Made by a program: the position numbers and the translations under genes | Notes under the pieces: generated by a model | The model's database searches: none | What the model saw: the letters and a program-made list of their open reading frames with translations, nothing else | Told to the model about the DNA's origin: nothing | Shown here: positions 54,082-62,573 of the stretch, in pieces | How positions within the stretch are numbered: the first letter of the stretch is position 1 | Layout: each line of letters starts with the position of its first letter | Virus record (IMG/VR): IMGVR_UViG_3300046332_000238 | Coordinates: 1 to 64,000 of that record | DNA from: a virus | Direction: 5' to 3' (one strand) | DNA: 64,000 nucleotides

Positions 54082-54741
54082 TTAATATAAAATACACCAA
54101 TTTTTATATGTCCTTCCTTTGTTAATAATTTCAGAAACACCACTTTTGTTTATATTGTAACATTTATAAAATACCCATCGAGTGCATTTTATTAATTCAC
54201 CAGTTTGTATATTGAAAAAACTATAAACTAAATTATCGAAACGTGAATTATTTTTAAAACTGTTATTTTTTAATTTGGCTTTTTCTGAACGAATTAATTT
54301 TAATTTATCCGACTTTTCTTTACCATATAATTCTTCGTATGATTTATTTTTGAATTTTTTTATTGCATTTTCTGATAATTTTTTCTTAACTTCGTTCGTG
54401 TGTGTTTTCCCGAACATACCATTTAATTCACCACACAATGTTGGACCCCTTTTTCCACCTGGAACTGTATTATAACCACCAACAATTGAATCATATTCAC
54501 TGATGAAATAAGATTCCATAACATTTAGTGTATGGTCTTTTTCTTTAGATTGATATAATACTTCCCATATAAAATTATTCCATCCATATTTTTTTATGGC
54601 ATTATAGAATTTTATATTGTTTTCTTTTTCTGATTCTCGTTTGTGGTCGGTTTTTCTTTTTGGCCAATGCGAATCAAAACCTATGTATCGTTGTTTTGTT
54701 ACAACATTGTAAGCGGAATAGATTGAATATATAGTTGACAC
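54082..54741 (-). mobile_element. Free-standing GIY-YIG homing endonuclease with NUMOD3-like motif
   Basis: SIYSAYN...RYIG, FYNAIKKYG, GYN, NGMFGKTHTNEVKKKLSE; antisense to neighbours, very AT-rich. Confidence 0.85.
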
Positions 54742-54763
54742 AGCTGTGTCCTTGTGATATAAT
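54735..54763 (+). promoter_or_regulatory. Perfect sigma70 promoter overlapping the endonuclease start codon
   Basis: TTGACA-17-TATAAT. Confidence 0.8.
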
Positions 54764-54808
54764 TTGACATAGAGTGAGTAGATGTTGACGCATCGTGACT
54801 CACATCCC

Positions 54809-54816
54809 TATTTATA
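54809..54816 (-). promoter_or_regulatory. T4-type late promoter for the endonuclease
   Basis: TATTTATA on plus = TATAAATA on minus, about 70 nt upstream of GTG. Confidence 0.75.
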
Positions 54817-54832
54817 TATTATGGAGAGTATT

Positions 54833-55804
54833 ATGTCTCAGAAAGGTAAAAAGGTCGGAAGCTTGCGTATTGCAATTGCTTCCGACCTGTAGCTGCATTT
54901 GGAGTTTGGTGACCTTGATTTGCATAATACAGATAATGCTGATGTGCTGATTCTTGGTGGTGATATTTTTGTCGCTAACGACCTTGTGAGTCTTGAAGAT
55001 TCCATTGAAATTGCAAAACTGGTACCAACACGAGCTCGTTTTCGTGCAGAGAAATTTTTTGATTTTGTAAAACGTTGCAGTGATCGGTTCCCTAAAGTAA
55101 TTTTGATTGCTGGTAATCATGAACATTATCATGGTGAGTTTCAGGATACATACAAAACAATCAAGAAAACCTTTAAAGAATTTACCAATGTGTATGTCTT
55201 GGATAAAGAATCGGTAGAACTTGATGGCACCATTTTTGTTGGTGGTACATTGTGGACTGATATGAACAAAGAAGATCCAATGACCATTCATGCAATTTCT
55301 GGTATGATGAATGACTTTAATTGTGTAACAAATGGCATAACACACCGTAAAGTGCCACTGTATAAAAAAGATGCATCGGGTGAATACATCATTGATGATA
55401 AACGTATTGGTTACATCGTAGATGGTTTTAAAATGAAAGAAGAACCTGCTAGATTTACTCCTAACCATGCGGTGGAAGACCACAAACAATTTCTTCAATA
55501 TTTGAAACTAGTAATGGAAAATAACACAGATAAAAAACCTGTTGTTGTTTGTTCTCACCATGCACCAAGTCGTCGCAGCACACATCCAAGGTATGCAGGA
55601 CAAACCCTGATGAATGGTGGATATAGTTCTGAATTGGACGAGTTCATTATGGATAGGCCAGATATCAAACTCTGGACTCATGGACATACACATGAACCTT
55701 TTGATTATATGGTTGGTGATACTCGTATCGTTTGCAATCCTCGCGGGTATAAAAATCATGAAAAGAGTGCAGATTATTTTGAGTTAAAATTTGTTGAAAT
55801 TTAA
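54833..55804 (+). CDS. Calcineurin-like metallophosphoesterase with in-frame TAG at 54890 (recoded or pseudogene)
   Basis: GGAGAG RBS, MSQKGKKVGSLRIAIASDL*LHLEF; GGD, GNHE, HHAP, HGHTH, NPRGY intact. Confidence 0.8.
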
Positions 55805-55813
55805 GGAGATAAA

Positions 55814-56266
55814 ATGAGTGTTACAATTAAGAATTTAGAAGCAGCATTTGCTGGTGAGAGTCAAGCACATACCAAGTACCGATATTTTGCTAAGATGGCA
55901 AGAGCACAAGGATTTGAAGATGTTGCAAAACATTTTGAACATACAGCAGAACAAGAACTACTTCATGCGTGGGGTCATTTGGAATTACTGATTGGTAAAC
56001 CAGATGTTAAACAGTGTCTTGAAATGGCCATTGAAGGTGAGACACACGAGTTCACTACAATGTATCCTACAATGCAATCAGAAGCAATTGCAGAAGGTGA
56101 TGAATTTGCTGCGAAAGAAGCAGCAGATCAAATTTTAGAAAGTAAAGAACACGCAGAACAATTTGCAACAGTTCTTGCTAAGGCAGAAAAACGTTTTAAT
56201 GCTTTGAAGAAAGTAGAACAACGTCACGCAGAAGCTTACACAAAAGTATTGGAGAATGTAAAATGA
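55814..56266 (+). CDS. Rubrerythrin-like di-iron protein
   Basis: NLEAAFAGESQA, EQELLHA, EGETHE, ESKEHA. Confidence 0.9.
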   Translation: MSVTIKNLEAAFAGESQAHTKYRYFAKMARAQGFEDVAKHFEHTAEQELLHAWGHLELLIGKPDVKQCLEMAIEGETHEFTTMYPTMQSEAIAEGDEFAAKEAADQILESKEHAEQFATVLAKAEKRFNALKKVEQRHAEAYTKVLENVK

Positions 56267-56397
56267 GCGAAACACATGTATGTGTAGTATGTGGTCATGA
56301 ACATGATGATCTAGTAGAGGGTGCATGGGGTACATTACCTGACGACTTTACTTGTCCTGAATGTGGTTGTGGTAAGGAAGAATACGAGTCAATTTAA
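56263..56397 (+). CDS. Rubredoxin, 44 aa (not in ORF track)
   Basis: HVCVVCGH...W..LPDDFTCPECG. Confidence 0.9.
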   Translation: MSETHVCVVCGHEHDDLVEGAWGTLPDDFTCPECGCGKEEYESI

Positions 56398-56747
56398 TGT
56401 CCAAAAAATTATATCTTGTTGAAACTATTTCCACATTCCGTATTCGTTATGTGGTTGAAGCAAAAGAAGAAGGTCATGCTGAAGATGAAGTCACTATGTC
56501 TGATGCTGACTTTTATGAATTCTCACAGAAACATATTGATGAATCGATTACATCAACCCGTGAATTAAGTAGGATTGAATATCTTGATCTTTTTGATAAA
56601 GACAATGAGTATCTTTCTAAATGGGACGATGAATCTAAAATGAAGTTCATCAATAAGATTAATTATGATGAAGATGATGGTAACGTAAATCTTCCTCCTA
56701 CTGAATGTGAGTTTGATGAAATTGAAGAAGCAATGAAGAACGTATGA
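56397..56747 (+). CDS. Hypothetical protein
   Basis: Coupled ORF. Confidence 0.55.
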   Translation: MSKKLYLVETISTFRIRYVVEAKEEGHAEDEVTMSDADFYEFSQKHIDESITSTRELSRIEYLDLFDKDNEYLSKWDDESKMKFINKINYDEDDGNVNLPPTECEFDEIEEAMKNV

Positions 56748-57592
56748 AGAAAATATTTATAACTGGTATCAATGGTTATATTGGTCAACACCTCTACCAT
56801 CTGTTAAAGGATGAGTATGAGGTGTTTGGCTTGGATATTACACCTGTTGATGATGTTAATCTTTTTCAGTCGGATATTCGACATTGGATACCAGATTATA
56901 TATTTTCTTTGGCTGATATGCCAAATGAATTCGATGCAGTCATTCATTTGGCTGCATTGATTCGTGTAAGTGAATCAGTAGTAAAACCTATTGAGTATTA
57001 TGAAACTAATATCATGGGCACCATCAATGCACTGAGTTGCATTAAGACAAAAAACTTTATTCTTGCATCTACTGGTGCAGCAGAAAACCCAATTAATCCA
57101 TATAGTATCTCGAAGTTGGCCGCAGAAAGTATTGTTAAACAGTATTGTGCCAGTAAAGATATTGACTATACTATTTTTAGATTCTATAATGTAATTGGAT
57201 CAAACGGATTCTTACCAACAAATGTTGATGGTCTGATGTATAACCTAATCAAGGCAAAAGAGACAGGTATATTTAATCTTTTTGGTCATCAATATGATAC
57301 AGAAGATGGTACAGCAATTCGGGACTATATTCATGTAATGGAAATCTGTCACGCAATTAAATTGGCAATTGAAACTCCTGCGAACACTGAGGTAGAAAAC
57401 CTGGGTACAGGCCTAGGACATTCCGTATTTGATATTGTTAATCGTTTTATGATTGTAAACAATTGTGATATTCAGGTAAACTTTAAACCTGCTCGGGCAG
57501 GTGACTTACCTGCAACAGTATTAAAAAATGTCTCGCCATACATGAAAAAATATTATACAATAGACGAAATGTTACGATTGGAGAATACATGA
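56744..57592 (+). CDS. NAD-dependent epimerase (GalE-like)
   Basis: TGINGYIG, HLAA, YSISK, RFYNV, DGTAIRDYIHV. Confidence 0.85.
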   Translation: MKKIFITGINGYIGQHLYHLLKDEYEVFGLDITPVDDVNLFQSDIRHWIPDYIFSLADMPNEFDAVIHLAALIRVSESVVKPIEYYETNIMGTINALSCIKTKNFILASTGAAENPINPYSISKLAAESIVKQYCASKDIDYTIFRFYNVIGSNGFLPTNVDGLMYNLIKAKETGIFNLFGHQYDTEDGTAIRDYIHVMEICHAIKLAIETPANTEVENLGTGLGHSVFDIVNRFMIVNNCDIQVNFKPARAGDLPATVLKNVSPYMKKYYTIDEMLRLENT

Positions 57593-60194
57593 AATATCTT
57601 ATTGGTTTTATTGGTGGTGTTTTGCTTTCAATTGGATTGGTAGCTAACGCTGGTTTCTTTGGTTCAGCAGTTGGTGGTGCTGTGGGTGGTGCAATTGGAA
57701 CATCTGGTGTTGAATCAAAAATTGATACAATTAATGCTCGTATTGAAGCATTGACAAGAGCATTGGATAGTGTTAAGGTGTGCAAATGAAAGTAAATATC
57801 GGACCTTATACAACTTGGATAGGACCGTATCAGATTGCGGAAAAGATACTATTCTGGATGGACAAAGACAATGATGACCGAGTTCATAACTTTGGTCGTT
57901 GGTTGTCGGGTGGTAAAGAGAAAGATTCTCTGTTACAAAAATTATGTGTTTGGATTGAATCCAAGAAAAAACGTAAAATTAAAGTAGATATTCATGGTTA
58001 TGATGTGTGGAGTATGGATTCCACATTATCTCTTATCGTTCTTCCTATGTTACAAGAACTTCAAAAGGTGAAACATGGTTCACCAATGGTTGATGCAGAA
58101 GATGTTCCTGAGTTTCTTAGAATGACTGGTCATGAAGATTGGTCACACCAAATGGAATTCAAATTTGAAGATCATGAACAGTATGAAAAAGATTCATGGG
58201 AAATCAATATGCATCGTTGGGATTGGGTTCTTGAAGAATTGATTTGGACATTCAAACAATTACAACCTGATTATGATTGGGACGATATGTATCGTTCAGG
58301 TGAAATGGACATTCAATGGTTAGATGATCCAAGTAACTCCAACTACAAAATCATGTCTCACGGACCTAATCATACATATAAAGTTGATGATGAAGGTATG
58401 AAAAAACATCAAGACCGTATCAACAATGGTTTGAGATTGTTCGGTAAATATTATCAAAATCTTTGGGACTAATCATGGCAAAATTTAAACAAGTAAAACT
58501 TATATTCACCGCAGAAATTATGATGAATAGTAATGACACATTGGATGTTGAAGCATTGCAGACTGAATTGATTGATGCCCTAGATACAGTGAACAATAAT
58601 CAATTTCTTGTAGCAGAAGAACAACTTATTATTAAAGGTTAATTATGACATTGAAACATCATGCAGAACGTGAATTGGATATTATTGGAATGACAGAAGA
58701 TTCTGTGGAAATGGATGCTGCGATGCGTAATCACATCCTTCATATGATTGATGAATTTTCTAAAGAAGGACATTCTGGATTCTCCGCATCATATGCTATT
58801 AGTATATTATCTAAACTTATGAGATATGAACCATTGACACCACTAACAGGTGAAGATTCCGAATGGATGGAAATTGCTAAAGAACAGACTGGTTCTAATC
58901 AAGGCACACTATACCAAAATAAACGAGCAAGTCATGTATTCAAAGATGATACTGGTGCATATGATATCAATGGCAAAGTATTTGTCGAATGGCGGCAAGA
59001 CAAAGAAACAGGTGAAGATTATTCCTCATCATATACAAGCAAAGATTCTCGTGTACCTGTAACTTTCCCATACACACCACATACAGATTATGTTAATAAA
59101 GGTTTTGTAGAAGAATGATTTCTCTCATACACTTTATAAGTTCTTCCAAACTACTCAAAGAGTCCGAAAAGACGGTAGTGATGTTGGGTGGTGAAGATGA
59201 AGCACCGGAGATGGTGCGAGCACAGCGTGACTTCTATCGTTTAGAAGTTGATTATTATAGGGTAGAAGCAATCAAATTTGGTTTCTTTTGTGCCGGTGTT
59301 GTATTGAGTGCATACCCAATTTATTTGTTATGGAGATTATTTAATGGCATACTTGCTTAAAAATATTTTTGGATGGTCAAAAACTAATGGCCTAAGTATT
59401 ATGGCTAATGGTGCAATGTTTGCATTGGTTATATTGTTAATAGTACCTATGTTTGCAGTGAAAAAACCAGAAGTTGAAATGAAAGACTTCAAAGATGGCA
59501 TACAAAATCATTTGACATGGTCAATTAAGAATGAATGCTTTTTTGTTAAACCACACACAGATACCACAGTGTATCTGATCCGTGTACCTGATTGTGATAG
59601 AAAATAAGGAGAAGTTATGAGTTTATTTGTTGAAGTTACCTCGATTGAAAAACAATGTAAAGTTATTGTTAATATGGAACACATTGTAGAAATTGCACCA
59701 CTTGCTTCTGGTGGTTGTGCATTGTTTACTATTGATAGTGCAGGTGTTGGTGCAAAAGCATCGATGCGGGTATCTGATGATTACAGTCAATTTATCCAGT
59801 TTGCTGTACAACCAGTATCTGCTGAAGATATTGCAAAACGTTTTCCTAAAGTATCTACCGAAGCAGAACCTAAAGCAAAATCACCAAAGGTAGAAATTCC
59901 TAAACTATGAACGATCTCCTAACAGGGATATTTTCTTGGATTAAAGATGATTATCGGACCTACCCTTTACGTTTTCTTATTGAGCTTCTTGCTTGGGCTA
60001 TCAGCATTGGTTGTAGTCTCACTATGGCGCTCACGGTACCTAATCCTCCCCTTCTTAGTATGTACCCTGTTTGGATCATTGGTTGTTGCCTTTATGGCTG
60101 GGCTGCTTACTCTAGGAAGTCTTTTGGTATGCTTGCTAACTACCTTTTGTTGGTTACCATAGATTCCATAGGACTCCTACGAATGATTAGTTGA
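57589..60194 (+). CDS. Series of hypothetical ORFs, several membrane-associated (57780-58472, 58645-59118, 59617-59910, 59907-60194 and others)
   Basis: ORF track, coupling, hydrophobic segments. Confidence 0.55.
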
Positions 60195-60247
60195 CAATTA
60201 ACTGTGGCCATGTTATAATTGTATCTCTTATATTATGAAAGTTTCTC

Positions 60248-60847
60248 GTGAATATCTTTTATCTTGACAATGACCCAGTTAAATGTGCAGAAATGCATAA
60301 CGATAAACATTGTATCAAAATGATTCTGGAATATGCTCAACTCCTTTCCACTGCTCATCGCGTTCTTGATGGCGTTTCCACTATCGGCCTTACTAGCACC
60401 GGTCGGAAAAAAACTTCCTTCGTCCTCTCCGATGCTCGGGATGCCATTCTTTATTCTGCTACTCACATTAATCATCCGTCTGCAATTTGGGTAAGACAAT
60501 CAGATAAAAATTATGACTGGTTGTTTTCTCTGTTTCAGGCATTGATGGATGAGTACACATATCGTTATGGTAAAACCCATGCCTGTTCTAAACTTGAAAT
60601 GTCTCTTGCTAGAATACCACAAAATATTCCACAAAAACCTTTCACTGAACCAACACCTGCAATGCCGCCAGAAATAAAAGTACCAAAAGCAGGACCTCGT
60701 GGTCAATTGCATTATGATTCTATTGCTTCGTATAAGAATTACTATATACAAAGTAAAGTACACCTTGCCTCATGGAAAGGTAAAACAAATTCTCGTCCAG
60801 TTCCGCAATGGTTTCAAACTGGATTAGAAAAACTAGCAGTAATTTAA
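60248..60847 (+). CDS. Pyrimidine-dimer DNA glycosylase (DenV)-like protein
   Basis: MNIFYLD..DKHCIKMILEYAQLLSTAH, HINHPSAIW; promoter TTGACA-17-TATAAT at 60191. Confidence 0.7.
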   Translation: MNIFYLDNDPVKCAEMHNDKHCIKMILEYAQLLSTAHRVLDGVSTIGLTSTGRKKTSFVLSDARDAILYSATHINHPSAIWVRQSDKNYDWLFSLFQALMDEYTYRYGKTHACSKLEMSLARIPQNIPQKPFTEPTPAMPPEIKVPKAGPRGQLHYDSIASYKNYYIQSKVHLASWKGKTNSRPVPQWFQTGLEKLAVI

Positions 60848-60873
60848 CTTGAACTTTATTAATAAGGAAACAC

Positions 60874-61452
60874 ATGAAATTTGTAAAAATCTTGGCAGTA
60901 GCAGCAGTAATGATGGCAAGTTCCGCGTTCGCACAGAACACTGGATATACTACGTTTGAATTCTCACAAGAAACTAAACGTGCTGATGATTCAGACAAAC
61001 TCAAGGGTGGTCTAGTCGTTGGTGTGAAAACACCACAAGGTCAAGACTACAGCGTTAAATTGGAATCGAGTCAAACTCGTGTTGGTGAAGGTTCGATTTC
61101 AACTGGTTTAGAAGTTCGTGCAAAACAAAACTTTGCAGATGTTGGTTATGGTATTAAACCATACCTTGGTGTTCGTCTAGGCGAGAAAATGACTAGTGAT
61201 GAACACTTTAGTCACTATGCAGTTGATGCTGGTGTAAAGTTTCCGATTGTCGGAAAACTTAGTGGAGATGTTGGTGTACGTTATCGTAATGCTTTCAATA
61301 CTGTAAATGCATTTGAAAGCACACGTTACCATGTTATCGCAGCATATGCATTGACTAAGACAGATTCAGTTGCAGTTCGTTACAGCCAAGCATATGGTGA
61401 TGTTGCAGAAGAAAAAGATGCATGGCGTTTGAGTTACACACATAGTTTCTAA
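60874..61452 (+). CDS. Outer-membrane beta-barrel (porin-like) protein
   Basis: Signal peptide ending AFA, alternating amphipathic strands, C-terminal SYTHSF. Confidence 0.75.
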   Translation: MKFVKILAVAAVMMASSAFAQNTGYTTFEFSQETKRADDSDKLKGGLVVGVKTPQGQDYSVKLESSQTRVGEGSISTGLEVRAKQNFADVGYGIKPYLGVRLGEKMTSDEHFSHYAVDAGVKFPIVGKLSGDVGVRYRNAFNTVNAFESTRYHVIAAYALTKTDSVAVRYSQAYGDVAEEKDAWRLSYTHSF

Positions 61453-61470
61453 TATTAAAGTATAAAGAAG

Positions 61471-61494
61471 AACTCTCCTTCATGGAGAGTTTTT
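61471..61494 (+). terminator. Probable intrinsic terminator
   Basis: AACTCTCC-TTCAT-GGAGAGTT then TTT. Confidence 0.7.
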
Positions 61495-61521
61495 CACTTC
61501 TTGATTACATAAAGAAATATA

Positions 61522-61800
61522 ATGCCAACATATCAATTCAAAAATTCAAAAACGGATGAAATTGAAGAACATCGTATGAGTTATACTGTACTCGATGAAT
61601 TCAAGACAGAAAATCCACACCTAACTATACATATTAGTGCTGAAAATATACCTATTCTTGGTGATGCCACGAGAATGAGTATTCCGGGTCACGGACAGCC
61701 ACATGCAGCATTCGAGACTGGAGTAATCCAACGAATGAAGGAAACCATTCCTGGCAACACCATGTCTGGTCATAAAACGAAAGCACCGAGAGAGTGGTAA
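61522..61800 (+). CDS. FmdB-like small protein
   Basis: MPTYQF start; precedes phoH. Confidence 0.5.
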   Translation: MPTYQFKNSKTDEIEEHRMSYTVLDEFKTENPHLTIHISAENIPILGDATRMSIPGHGQPHAAFETGVIQRMKETIPGNTMSGHKTKAPREW

Positions 61801-61839
61801 AAACAAAAAAACTTCCTGCTTTACTAACTAGGAGTATCA

Positions 61840-62541
61840 ATGGCAACCGCAAAAAAGAAAACAGCTGCAGCTCAGGCACAAAGTCAGCACTTTTCAGTAA
61901 AAAGAATCAAACCCCTAACAGAGAACCAAGGGAAAACGTTTGATGCATATGAGGAAGGTAATCACCTAGTATTATCTGGCTCAGCAGGTTCAGGAAAATC
62001 ATTCTTAGCAATGTATCTTGGACTAAAAGATGTATTGACCGAAAATTCACATTATAACAAGATCATCATTATTCGGTCTGCGGTACCGTCAAGAGATTTA
62101 GGTTTTGTTCCAGGTTCATTGGAAGAAAAGGCCAAGATTTACCAAGAACCATACATGAACATTGTGAATGAAATCATTGGTCGTGGAGATGCATGGCATT
62201 TCTTAATGCACAAAGAGATTGTGCAGTTTCAAACAACCAGTTTTCTTCGTGGTTTAACATTCAGTGATTGTATCATTGTGTTTGATGAATTCCAATCTGC
62301 AACCTTCCATGAAATTGATACAGTATTAACCCGTGTGGGTGATAATTGTAGGTTCATGTTGTGTGGCGACTTCAACCAAAACGATCTGAATATCAAGAAA
62401 GAGAAATCTGGTTTCACTGATATCATTCGTATTCTGGATAAATTAGAAAATATCTCACACATTAAATTTGGTATTGAAGATGTGGTGCGTAGTGGTTTCG
62501 TTAAAGATTACCTACAAGCAAAGGAAAGTTTGAGTCTATAA
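61840..62541 (+). CDS. phoH: PhoH-family ATPase
   Basis: GSAGSGKS, RDLGFVPG, SFLRGLTF, DEFQ, GD..Q.D, VVRSG. Confidence 0.93.
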   Translation: MATAKKKTAAAQAQSQHFSVKRIKPLTENQGKTFDAYEEGNHLVLSGSAGSGKSFLAMYLGLKDVLTENSHYNKIIIIRSAVPSRDLGFVPGSLEEKAKIYQEPYMNIVNEIIGRGDAWHFLMHKEIVQFQTTSFLRGLTFSDCIIVFDEFQSATFHEIDTVLTRVGDNCRFMLCGDFNQNDLNIKKEKSGFTDIIRILDKLENISHIKFGIEDVVRSGFVKDYLQAKESLSL

Positions 62542-62544
62542 ATA
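62537..62544 (+). promoter_or_regulatory. T4-type late promoter
   Basis: TATAAATA overlapping phoH stop, 30 nt before ATG 62574. Confidence 0.7.
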
Positions 62545-62573
62545 GTAGTATCTCCAACACAAACAAATTAAAA

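Noticed and set aside
54084-54871. Self-splicing intron carrying the GIY-YIG gene
   Set aside because: The ORF is antisense, there is too little non-coding sequence for a group I core, and splicing would still leave the TAG.
54890-54892. Genome-wide TAG reassignment (code 15) as the explanation for the in-frame stop
   Set aside because: Long genes are intact under the standard code, TAG ends ORFs at 30436 and 47865, and readthrough would put two extra residues into the DxH motif.
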